Made by a program: the position numbers and the translations under genes. The notes under the pieces are model-generated. The model did no database searches. It was given only the letters and a program-made list of their open reading frames with translations, and had not been told where the DNA came from. A stretch of 63,750 bases of DNA, the filler included, from Licmophora abbreviata (taxonomy: Eukaryota), in NCBI GenBank assembly GCA_900291995.1. It is 9 parts of 9 records of this genome, joined end to end, with 100 filler letters (N's around TTAATTAATTAA, not from the genome) between each part and the next. Parts side by side here need not be neighbours in the genome. Positions count along the whole stretch, not along the records: positions 15,297 to 28,078 come from OLMU01005326.1; positions 28,179 to 39,109 come from OLMU01005328.1; 7 more parts are not named here. One strand, given 5' to 3'. This document shows, piece after piece, positions 21,996 to 32,201 of the stretch. The first letter of the stretch is position 1. Each line of letters begins with the position of its first letter.

Positions 21996-22664
21996 GTCTT
22001 CGCAAGTTGTCCCGTGTTTTCATTGTCGAGAGATTTGATTCGCCCACTGCGGTAAGAGGTAGCGTATGATAGTTGAGAGTGTGACGATTGAGGTATTCTT
22101 GTAATCTGTTTTTAAAAAAGCGCAATGAATTTTCTATTATACCGGCGGAGCCCTCCTTGTTCTTGAACTGAGGACGTGCATTTCTGAGTACCCTCTAGAA
22201 CAAGCTAGTGTCTGCGCTTGTACAATCGTCAGGGATTCGATCCTTTCAAAGCCCCTCGTATCCTAGTTTTCATCTGCGCTCGAGTTGTATCATTCGTCAC
22301 TCAGGAAGGATCCTTCAAAATCGCAAGCAGGCCCGGTCGATCCGCGATGTTGGAAGTCGCGGATCGGGCCGTTTCAAAAAGTCAGTATATACGTTGATTT
22401 ATATATAATATCAATAAAGATACACATATAGCTATAAGTGAATTATTCGTGGTGCGCCTTTAAACTTTGGCCAGAAATATTATCGCGGCGCGCGCCAATA
22501 TCGAACGTAATTTGTAATTTTTGTAATTTTGACACCGATGCCAAGCGGCAAAGTTGTTGTTGTCTTGGGACCATGACGGTTTTGACGGGGGAGCAAAAGG
22601 TTTACGGGTGCTTGTAGTGGATGAACGTGCGTAGACTGCGGCGACCAGCTCTGTCACCAATAGA

Positions 22665-23939
22665 ATGAATAAGCCGTGCGACTGCCTTCTCGCGGCTGTC
22701 GTGTGGATGGCACTTATTTTATCCGCACTCCCGGTCGCGGCCAAACTACGAATCCATGGAGAGCTGCCAGAGAAACCCCAGTTCCTACAAGAGCTCCTAG
22801 CTGTTGATCTCAATAAGCATAATCCCTTTGCTGATACGAACAGAGAATGGATAAATGCACTTGCAGAAGTAGTTCGTCACGCCCAAGCGCCATCCTCGTG
22901 GTACGGGTGGCTGTACCAGAGACTCTACTCATCTGCCGCTGCCCCACCGCAGCACCCAGCGACCTACCACTTCAGCACCATCGACGCTCGCGACGTACTT
23001 CGGCCCCTGCTCAAGCGCACTCATGGTCTTCATCTCGACGAGGAAACGATCCATCTCCTCTTCAACGATGGTGACATGGGTCTCCCTTCGAGCTACCATT
23101 CGGACAATGACAAGGAACGTGAGGGGATTCTGCACAAAATGGAGACGAAGAGTCAGGTCTACGAGGCTGCCCAGCGTCTTCAAAAGATCACCAACGGGGG
23201 ACTTCTCTTGTCTATTGGACAGACACCTGCGTACCTGACCGAAATGATGCGAGCGCTCGAGGAGACGAAAGCAACCAGCACGGGGACCGACATTTTGGAA
23301 ATTCCCATCTCTGGGCGACCGGACACAGTTCGCGAGCCACACGATAGTCGACACAAGGCCTACAACTACGACAATCTCATCACTCCCGACCGAGAAGCCT
23401 TCTTCCGCCAGATTTTGACCGATCGAGGCTTTTATCCGAAGCGCTTTCGACCCGGTGATCGTGTATATCTGCTGGACGTATCGAAGGGACCGTCCATCGC
23501 CCATTTGCTCCTATTCACAGCTCGGTGGTTCCAAGCGGAAGACATTGTATTACCAGACATTACACTTGTATTGTTGAAGAAACAAGCTGACGTGAGACGA
23601 CCAGAAAACGTCACGTGCGGGTACAGTTGTTTGAAAGTGCATGCGCTGCCGGAACTGCTCGACTTGGAGATTAGCGACGACCTTCGAATCGATATTGACA
23701 TTGAATTTCTCGATATGGACAAGTATACAGTAAAGACCTTTGACTCTCTCGAGGGAAACTTGAGAGTAGTGGCCCCATTCAATGCGATCGACTGGACCAA
23801 GCGCTACAATATGGTCCTTTCGTCTTATCCTACGCCAACGGCTCAAAAGATGCTCGAAGAGTATCGCAGTTATGCGCTAGGCCGCATCGTTTCGGAGCAG
23901 CAAGGCGCAATCGATGAAGTGCGAGGGGAAGAGCTCTAG
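22665..23939 (+). CDS. Uncharacterised secreted/ER protein, family U copy 2 (C-terminal EEL)
   Basis: Signal peptide (…LPVAA/KLRIHG), paralog of 6575..7888, ends GEEL* (ER-retrieval-like). Confidence 0.8.
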   Translation: MNKPCDCLLAAVVWMALILSALPVAAKLRIHGELPEKPQFLQELLAVDLNKHNPFADTNREWINALAEVVRHAQAPSSWYGWLYQRLYSSAAAPPQHPATYHFSTIDARDVLRPLLKRTHGLHLDEETIHLLFNDGDMGLPSSYHSDNDKEREGILHKMETKSQVYEAAQRLQKITNGGLLLSIGQTPAYLTEMMRALEETKATSTGTDILEIPISGRPDTVREPHDSRHKAYNYDNLITPDREAFFRQILTDRGFYPKRFRPGDRVYLLDVSKGPSIAHLLLFTARWFQAEDIVLPDITLVLLKKQADVRRPENVTCGYSCLKVHALPELLDLEISDDLRIDIDIEFLDMDKYTVKTFDSLEGNLRVVAPFNAIDWTKRYNMVLSSYPTPTAQKMLEEYRSYALGRIVSEQQGAIDEVRGEEL

Positions 23940-24171
23940 ATGTGCAGTGACGCTCTTCGACCTTGCTCTACTGTGAACAAAAAACACTGTTGTCCCAGGT
24001 GTGGGGTGGGTATACGGTGGCAAGCGCGATTCGATTGTCATGTGACACGCAGAGCTACGTACTATCCAACTAGAGGCATGCAACACGGGGAATGGGCTTC
24101 TGCATCGTGTAGTAGTAGTACAAACAATTTTCTAGCTTCTTATACTCTTCACAGTCCAACTCATTCGAGGA

Positions 24172-26066
24172 TCAGACGTCCCCGCGAAGCCGGCGGACGC
24201 AGTTCTCTTCCCGACTCACACGGCCAGATTCTCCTCCTTGTCCGTCGTCGCCACGGCCAGGTCCTCGGCACCGAAACCGGGTAGGTTGCTCTTCCTTTCT
24301 CTGCGCTACTGGTTGGACGGTAACTGTGTTACTCGGAGAAGTGCTGGGGAGTTGAGTCGGATAGACTGACGGCATTGCCGATGGAGTCGAAGAAGGAACG
24401 GCGGAAGGGGAGCTCGTGGGGCCACTTGTTGGGCCGAGAATCGCCATGCTCACACCCATGATACGGCCAAGGGATGGAACTCCTTCCTTGTCAACGACAT
24501 TGAGATGCCATAGACCTGGTAACATGATGGTTCGGCCGGGCGTATACACTTCAATTGTCGTAGGATCATAGACCCGAAAGTCTAGATTGAGCCAGCGAGC
24601 GTCGCTGTTCCGCGCATGAGTCATGGATCCGGTCTTGGTAGCTGTCACCTTTGCAATATCCGTGGGGACGGCGACTGTGATACGAAAGGCGCGGCCGGCA
24701 AGAAGGTTCTTAGGCCAAGACTCGATAGCAGGTCTTGACGCCGGCTCGCCAGTCTTGGGATCGAACAAGTAGCCGGGATAGTATATCTGCCCGTTGTGAT
24801 TCTTCAGTGGTCCTGGTGCTCCACCTCCAGCCGAGAACACTGAGCCGTCAGGCAGTACAAGACCGGACGAATGGTAGAGACGTGGGATACTCTGCTTTGG
24901 GCCACTATAGACCGTGTCATTGATAGGGTCCCAGATTTGAGCTTCGCGAACGGCGCAGTCGAGCTCGTTCCCCTCGCTGCTAGCATTCTCGGTACAGCCA
25001 CCATTGATAGCGACCCGTCCATCCGGCAGCACAGCCATTGCGGCATTCATACGATTCTCGCCGAGAGCTTGTTTCCTTGTAAATAGCGGATTCGCACTAT
25101 CCGAAATATCGACACTCCACAGATTGCCCGTGTCATCCAGCATAACGACTCGATCAATATCGTACATGATAGCCGCTCCGAGCTTGTCGGATCGGAAAGG
25201 TCGAGTTCCGACCTTAACGATGCTGCCATCTCCGTCAACACGAACATGGTAGACGTCGTAATTCTGCCAGTCCGAGATAATAATAAGAATATCACCCTTG
25301 GAGTTCACATGGACGTGAGGGTACCACCATGCTCTCTGGGACGACCTTCGTTCCCTCAGGGCAGGAACGTCCGCACCTGGGAGGGCGCGAAAACCAGAGA
25401 CGGGATCCCAAATTTCAGGAATTGAGCTGGATTCTTTCTTCACAGACCTTCCCCCCACGATAAAGATGCGCCCATCCGGTAAGTTAACGCTAGTTCCGTA
25501 CCACCGTGGATACCTCATGTCTCCCAGCGGGTGTTTCCGAATCTGGTGCGTTTCAATGTCGAACTCCAGAACATCATTGACACCATTGTTGTCGTCATCG
25601 TCACCGCCCATTATCAAGATATTTCCCGTGGATATATCCATCGACAGAGTTGAGCAAAAGATATTCACGTCCGTGTTGTGTCTCATTCGCACGTGATTCG
25701 CCGATAGATCATGCCTGCCCGAAGTTGTGTCCCAGATTTCGTAGTCGCCTCGTCCGCCCTGTCTGGCGCTCTTGTTGGCGCCATACGACAGGACCGTCCC
25801 GTCTGGCAAGAAAATCACGTGAATCGGTATCACCTCCATGTTGAATACGTCTCCCCATCGACCTAGAGAGTCATCTGCGTCAGGGTGACAGTAGAAGCGC
25901 CGCCGATGGAAGTTAGAAGGTGAGCAATCTAGCACTCAAATCACATAGCTAAGGGTCGGTTCGACCGGCAGAGGTCCTTCCATCACGAGGGAAATTGCTT
26001 ACCGCCCACAACAGTTCTGAAGAGAAAGGCCAGCCCCAAAAGGCAGACGTTTGACACTGAGAACAT
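24172..26066 (-). CDS. Secreted copper-radical oxidase (AA5, galactose/glyoxal oxidase-like; Kelch propeller + C-terminal Ig-like domain)
   Basis: Exon 1 (26003-26066) encodes the signal peptide MFSVSNVCLLGLAFLFRTVVG; intron 25875-26002. Motifs NIFCS, RWYGT, WWYPH, RLYHS and SMTHA, plus a Pro/Ser/Thr tail. Confidence 0.85.
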
Positions 26067-26332
26067 ACTGCAATGTGTTGTACATAGAGAGAACGGGAGG
26101 CGTCAGGTTGCTTGTTCCTCTAGGTATAATATCGTCGCTTCGCATCGCGACATCATGTCGAAACCAAAAATACAAAGAACAAAATACAAAATACAAAACA
26201 GGCGCGCCTGTCTTTCCGGGTTACTTACTGTTTCAAGGTCCAAAGTACCGGTAGGCCAACTTTTAAGAAGTTTTGAGTCCATCCTCCGTCTTCGTTAGAT
26301 CTACCGGTGCATGCTAGAAGTACAAACCATAG

Positions 26333-27838
26333 CTATTTAGACACTCTAATCTCGGTAACTTCGGATAGAATCGAGGGCGCTTTTCGTCGCGTAGCCTTTG
26401 CAAATAGCACATCGTTCTCTTTTACAGCTTGTGCAATCGATTCTACGACCCTCTGCCTATTTTCAAAACAGGCTTCGCCCATTGGGGCAATTCGGAATCG
26501 AGCGTCCACGACTACTTCCAAGAAGCTCTCTTGGAAACCATTCCAACTCACAATGAATGGCCGAGTGCCGTCCGATATCAACTCGGGACAGTTTTCAATA
26601 AGCTTCTGTCGGATATCCTGTACAAGCTTCGGGATCTTGTCCATGTCGTCGTATGAAAAAAAGAGGGTTTGAGCCACGCGACTATTGTTGTTCCGACTCT
26701 TGTTGCTTAGCTGGGCCTTGGAGAAGATATTATTCGGAAGCTTTAGTACCACCTCGTCGGCACCCCGCAGCGAGGTCTCGAGCCAACCAATGTCGTCCAC
26801 GACTCCCGCCATCTTTTCGCTTCCAACTTGGACTTCAATCAAGTCGCCTTCTTCGAATTTGTCCGCAGTCGCCAGTGTCAACCCCGCAATGAGCTGTGCA
26901 GCGATATCTTGGGCGGCAAAGGCGAGCACGGTAGTGCCCAAACCGGCTAGGGCCAGAAAGGGTGCCAGAGTCGAAGCCAGTTGAATCCCGAATATGTCAG
27001 TCACCGACAGAGAAGTCATCAAGACAAGAACAATCGTCGCGAACCTATCGTACACTTCGACTTTTCCCCAGGATTCATCGGGATCACGTTTGACTACGTG
27101 CCCAACAATCTTCCTTCTATGGTTCTGCTGTATCTGCCAAGCACCATATAATGTGTAGGAAGCTTTCGAAACCTTGAACAGTATTCCCTGAGGAAGCAGC
27201 GGCTTATCGAACAGTAATCTCAGAAATTCAGAAAGCGCGTGTGCCCCGAACAAGTACTGGCCCATCATTGCCACATTCTGTACATGCTCGGCGATCTCGA
27301 ACGTCAGGCTTCCGTTGAACGATGAGGACGGGTCACTCGCTTTCGATTCGAACGTCAGGGTCGTATTGAGAGTGGCATTCTGTATCGGACTCTGGTTAAG
27401 ATTGACCTCTACTTCTATATTTTTGTCGCCTGTTGATTGTTGTGGTATCTTCAAAAGGGTTTCGATCCATTGCTCATGGATGAATTGGGCAATGTCCATG
27501 GCATGGCTTCGTACGTACACGATCCCACCGAGACTGCAACCCCAGAAAGCTAGACTTGACAGCGGAATGGGAAACTTGGCGAACATCGACGAAAATCTTC
27601 TCGTGACGGCGGAAGCTTTACCCTTGACCCCATGACTGGGTTTCAGACTCGCACTCTGTGCCTCAGCAGCACCTTGATTGCTTCTAGCCCAAAACCGAAT
27701 TGATTTCTTGATCGGCAGCTCGTTCTTCTTTCTGTTTCGGTCGACAGCGACTGAAGACTGCAAGAATGTGACCGCAAGTGTCCATACAAGCACAAGATAA
27801 AAGCGAAGATGTGTGCGCTGAGGAGAGAACGTCGTCAT
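26333..27838 (-). CDS. MscS-family mechanosensitive channel with N-terminal targeting peptide
   Basis: GLGTTVLAFAAQD, FEEGDLI, GVVDDIGWLETSLRG, LPNN and LSNKSR motifs. First ATG at 27838. Confidence 0.88.
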   Translation of the reverse strand: MTTFSPQRTHLRFYLVLVWTLAVTFLQSSVAVDRNRKKNELPIKKSIRFWARSNQGAAEAQSASLKPSHGVKGKASAVTRRFSSMFAKFPIPLSSLAFWGCSLGGIVYVRSHAMDIAQFIHEQWIETLLKIPQQSTGDKNIEVEVNLNQSPIQNATLNTTLTFESKASDPSSSFNGSLTFEIAEHVQNVAMMGQYLFGAHALSEFLRLLFDKPLLPQGILFKVSKASYTLYGAWQIQQNHRRKIVGHVVKRDPDESWGKVEVYDRFATIVLVLMTSLSVTDIFGIQLASTLAPFLALAGLGTTVLAFAAQDIAAQLIAGLTLATADKFEEGDLIEVQVGSEKMAGVVDDIGWLETSLRGADEVVLKLPNNIFSKAQLSNKSRNNNSRVAQTLFFSYDDMDKIPKLVQDIRQKLIENCPELISDGTRPFIVSWNGFQESFLEVVVDARFRIAPMGEACFENRQRVVESIAQAVKENDVLFAKATRRKAPSILSEVTEIRVSK

Positions 27839-28674
27839 GACTGGCACCGCAGGCAACACGCAATCTCATGGTCAAGTGTCAAGTTCACTGACTGATGACA
27901 CCCAAAAGTTCTGCAGATTCGCGGCGCGCCAAACTTGAGTCACTCACTCCGACTGATGCTGCGCGTCATGGTGGGCGCGCGACGCAGCAAAGGTGTGTAC
28001 GTTTGAAATACGTATTTTCTATTTTCACTAGCAAATTGCTAGCGATTCAGTATCTGTAAGACATTTTTTTGTACTGGCNNNNNNNNNNNNNNNNNNNNNN
28101 NNNNNNNNNNNNNNNNNNNNNNTTAATTAATTAANNNNNNNNNNNNNNNNNNNNNNNNNNNNNNNNNNNNNNNNNNNNGTAGTCGAAAAAGCGCGCGCTA
28201 TAAAAAAATACTTTAAAGACCCGGAAGGTGGTGAGGTCATTCTGCGACGCCCGACAAAGAGATGTGTCGTTGGGCCTTTTTGACACTGTGGAAATGGCGG
28301 GAAAGCGCTGCGATCTTTCTGTTCGAAACATCATGTGAGTTCATGTCCAGGAGTCTGTTTTCTTCGATGCGCTGCTGTTGATGTTCGTGCTACGTTTGAG
28401 TAAACCTGCACAGTCTTGTTGCTTTGAGACACTTGGTGATGCTATGATGGGACTCATTCAATCGTGTAGAGCTTGTAAAAATATGACTCGACCGACAATG
28501 TTGACGACAAGAGACTTCCAACAGGATAATAATGCGATATCTTGGCTCGCGCAAAGCGTTCTCTCGCTCGTGATCTCAATTGATTATCTCATTATTGCAC
28601 TACTTTCTTTCTGAAGTCAGATTGTAGAAGTCACTAGAATGACTCCAACGGACATCTTATAAACCGCAAGGAAA

Positions 28675-31600
28675 ATGGACGCGAGACGAAATTCAAACGG
28701 AGAATCGACGACTTCATTCGAGTACTACGACGTGTTGGCCGACGAGTCCAGAAGAAAAAGAGAAAAGAATGCTCCGCCGCCGGGTAGAATCCAAGATGCC
28801 GTCCGTGTCACCATGGATACGGTTCGATCAAATCCGTTGGCAAGCAAGCTCGGGAACAGTCGAAAGAAATACCGTACGAGATTGCCGTCGTCGCCTCGCC
28901 CACCACGCGCGCCCATGTTCTCCCAGGATGCAATGTCTCCAGGCACGAAAAGCGCCAGTGGATATGACGTTAAGCTCTCTCCTCCTCAGGATGAGCCGAT
29001 TGACTTCAATTTCCAGGATTTCAAGCCCTTCGCAAAACCAAAAGAAATTGAGAAGATTGAGTGCAAAGAGCGGAAAAGGGTTCGGCCAGGAAGTGCAACA
29101 GAGAAGGTCAGAGGAGCTGTTCGAGCACTGCAGTTCACAAAGGCGCTTTCAGGTAGCTTTGTTGGAGATGATCAGTCAAGCTCCTCCTCGTCGGAGTCCG
29201 AGGACGACATGTTTGTGGACTTTCCAACAAATCGTAGCGAGATATTGGCGGAACGAGAGCGCGATAAGGAAGAGACCAGTCAACCTATTCAAAAAATTCA
29301 GCATGAGTCGGACCAGCGAAAACCGTGGAGATCGATCCCAGCCGATCACACAGATTCAAACGAGTCTGTGTATAGTGAATTATCAGCAGCGTGTGCCCTC
29401 GAACAGGAAGATTCGGCGCATGTTCGGGTTCTATCTGGACGTAATTCGAGTGGAGAGCCCGGGATGGCGATCCATGGACAGCGCTCGTGCGAGATGTCTG
29501 ACTTATCCGAAGAAGGAGACGACGAAAGTTACATGTCGGACTTGCGCCAGGCTCAAGAGGCTCTCGGATGGAGCCCCGATAATTTGAGTGAACGGTCGGC
29601 AGAGCTAAATAGAAGTCAACGGGATCTTGCTCGTATTACTTCGAACTCAAATGTCTCTACTCGGGGCTTGATGACAAAGGAAGAAACAATGCCCCCCAAT
29701 ATTCGGCGAGGTTATCAACATGGGTTTCGCCCGACTAAGGTTCTCTCTGTTACACAGGCTAACGACGAGTTGTCCGAAGATCTGGAATACAGGGACAGCG
29801 AGGACGATTTTGGCTCGGATGAGGCGCAGTCGGATAGGTCCCTGGGATTCGACGAGCCAAAGCAAACAGGACGATTTCCTGTAGAGGCAAAGGCGAGGTT
29901 ATCTCTTGATGTCACACATGGGGATATGACACGGCTACACGAAAGGGACCAGGGGCACTCACGTCGACGCAGGAAAGCAGAACGACGCCCAACAAAGCGG
30001 TCAGGTCCGCCCTTGCCAACTAGCGAGGAAAGGCTTGCATCTGATTTCGACAGAGACCAGAATGATTTCCAATTACCGTCGGACGACAAGAATAGAAGAC
30101 GAAGCGAGAGAGAGCCACGTCCACGAAATAATCCTCCAAGAACATCACCTATACCAGACGTTTCGGAAACATCAACAGCATCCGATCGTATGGAAATCCC
30201 CGATGAAGGTTACGACCGTCGCCCACAAAGTGGACGAAATAGCGGGGGCGCTAGAAGACCGGAACGCCAAGCGATAAAAACGATTGGTCTCTCAACGGAG
30301 ACAAGTGGAAGAAAATCAGAAGATACTGCCAGTGAGAATTTTGATTTCGATGAAGAGGAGGCTAGAGATCAATTTGATATGGAATCTGTTGTGAGTTTCC
30401 GAAACGACGTTGCTCGCCGACAGTCGGCAGGACGGCGGGGGCCCTTTCGCAATCCCAGTGTGAGATTTGGTTCACGAAGGTCGAGTGCTGGATCGATTGA
30501 TCGTCCAGCCCGAGGCTCAAAGTCAGGCTTGACTAGAAATGATTCATCCGGTGGTGACAGCATCAGTGTCAGTTCCCTGACATCCTTCCGGTCGCTTTTT
30601 GGATTTAGCACGTGGGCAGGCGATAGCGTAGTATCAGATGGCCTAGCTGAATATGACGATTTTTGGGACGATGACCCCGAAGACGCCAATGAAGAGACAC
30701 TTTCACTAGAGGTCGGTGAAAAGAAGACAGCACCACAGCAAGTCGGATCGTGCCTTCGAATTCACAGGCGCAAGATAGTGGCAGGTGTGCTGCTGCTAGT
30801 GGTGGTGATTGTAGTTTCGATAATAGCGGCCAAGGCGTCCAGTGGAAAACGAAACGCGAGCTCTTCACCTACAATGATACCAGCCGGTCCTCCGACACCG
30901 TCGCCTAGTCGCGGTGTACCTTTGTTCGAAGAATCACAGACTATTTTGGGCGTCAAACTGAACGATTTTGCAGGATCAGTCGTTTCCTTTTCGGGCGACG
31001 GCTCATATCTCGCAGTCGGGTATCGAGGGGCCAGTGGCACCATGGATATGTCAGGCGCCGTGCAAGTGTTTCGAAATGACGACGGTGTGTACAATCCGTT
31101 TGGTGGCACGCTGTTTGGGTCTACCTCCCTAGATGAGTTTGGCTCTGCTGTATCTTTATCTGATGACGGGCAGCTTGTTGCCGTCGGAGCTAGACGAAAC
31201 AGCGATTCAGGGCCAAGCACTGGAGCTACCAGTATTTTCAGATACTCAACAGTCACCTTAGATTGGGAACAGATTGGTGATACAATTGTCGGGCCTGAGC
31301 CGGGCTCGAGATCAGGTTTTGCAGTTTCTATCTCCGGCGACGGCCGAAGAATCGCTATTGGGGCCCCACGCGCGAACAACGACTCGGGTAGTGTTTCCGT
31401 GTACGAGATGAGCGAACCCGCTCTAACATGGAACCTATTGGGGCAGATCCTCCAAGGGACCACAGCACAAGAACTGGTTGGGTACTCAGTTTCTTTGTCC
31501 CGTTCTGGCGATACGCTAGCGGTTGGCGTGTTGCGGTCATCTGAAGGTGGCCTCCCGAATCGAGGAAGAGCGACTATATACAGTCTTGTCATGGTAGACG

Positions 31601-32130
31601 GCTCGGCACAGCAAGCTCTTTGGCAGCCGGTTGGAAACAATATTCTTGGCACAACAGAAGGCGACCAGCTTGGACAGTCGGTGGCCTTGTTGGACGATGG
31701 CAATAGACTCCTCGTTGGTGCGAATGGACGAGATAGCGAAAGCGGAATACCGAACGTTGGGTCGTGCCAGATGTTCGCTCTCATAGCTGGAGCGTGGACG
31801 CCCGTCGGATCTGCTTTGCTCGGAAAGACCAGAGGCGAGCAATTTGGGTTCTCAGTTTCCGCTTCAGAGGACGGAACACGTATTGGCTGCAGTGGGGCGA
31901 AGAGCTCCCTAAATGGAGAAAACAGTGGTATAGTTCGATTATACCAACAGCAACTTGGCGAATGGACGCAGATCGGCAACGATCTCATTGGGCAGGAAGG
32001 AGCCGAGTTCGGAACGTCTGTCGCTTTCTCTGGAAATGGCATGTTCTTTGCGGTCGGAGGGCCAAAACTAGCGCTTGGAGGCATGAAGAATGTCGGCCTT
32101 GTTCAAGTGTACGCCCAAGCAACTCAATGA
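28675..32130 (+). CDS. Single-pass membrane protein with long disordered N-terminus and FG-GAP-like beta-propeller
   Basis: 1151-aa ORF. TM IVAGVLLLVVVIVVSIIAA is followed by about seven repeats of FGxSVSLSxDGxxLAVG. Confidence 0.8.
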   Translation: MDARRNSNGESTTSFEYYDVLADESRRKREKNAPPPGRIQDAVRVTMDTVRSNPLASKLGNSRKKYRTRLPSSPRPPRAPMFSQDAMSPGTKSASGYDVKLSPPQDEPIDFNFQDFKPFAKPKEIEKIECKERKRVRPGSATEKVRGAVRALQFTKALSGSFVGDDQSSSSSSESEDDMFVDFPTNRSEILAERERDKEETSQPIQKIQHESDQRKPWRSIPADHTDSNESVYSELSAACALEQEDSAHVRVLSGRNSSGEPGMAIHGQRSCEMSDLSEEGDDESYMSDLRQAQEALGWSPDNLSERSAELNRSQRDLARITSNSNVSTRGLMTKEETMPPNIRRGYQHGFRPTKVLSVTQANDELSEDLEYRDSEDDFGSDEAQSDRSLGFDEPKQTGRFPVEAKARLSLDVTHGDMTRLHERDQGHSRRRRKAERRPTKRSGPPLPTSEERLASDFDRDQNDFQLPSDDKNRRRSEREPRPRNNPPRTSPIPDVSETSTASDRMEIPDEGYDRRPQSGRNSGGARRPERQAIKTIGLSTETSGRKSEDTASENFDFDEEEARDQFDMESVVSFRNDVARRQSAGRRGPFRNPSVRFGSRRSSAGSIDRPARGSKSGLTRNDSSGGDSISVSSLTSFRSLFGFSTWAGDSVVSDGLAEYDDFWDDDPEDANEETLSLEVGEKKTAPQQVGSCLRIHRRKIVAGVLLLVVVIVVSIIAAKASSGKRNASSSPTMIPAGPPTPSPSRGVPLFEESQTILGVKLNDFAGSVVSFSGDGSYLAVGYRGASGTMDMSGAVQVFRNDDGVYNPFGGTLFGSTSLDEFGSAVSLSDDGQLVAVGARRNSDSGPSTGATSIFRYSTVTLDWEQIGDTIVGPEPGSRSGFAVSISGDGRRIAIGAPRANNDSGSVSVYEMSEPALTWNLLGQILQGTTAQELVGYSVSLSRSGDTLAVGVLRSSEGGLPNRGRATIYSLVMVDGSAQQALWQPVGNNILGTTEGDQLGQSVALLDDGNRLLVGANGRDSESGIPNVGSCQMFALIAGAWTPVGSALLGKTRGEQFGFSVSASEDGTRIGCSGAKSSLNGENSGIVRLYQQQLGEWTQIGNDLIGQEGAEFGTSVAFSGNGMFFAVGGPKLALGGMKNVGLVQVYAQATQ

Positions 32131-32201
32131 GCTGAGAACGCGCTACTGCGGTGCACTGTGCGCAGACCAGAGCTGTCACAATCAGAGTATTACAATCAGT
32201 C

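Noticed and set aside
30762..32084. 440-aa antisense ORF over the FG-GAP propeller
   Set aside because: Mirror of the Gly/Ser-rich sense frame; no independent coding evidence.
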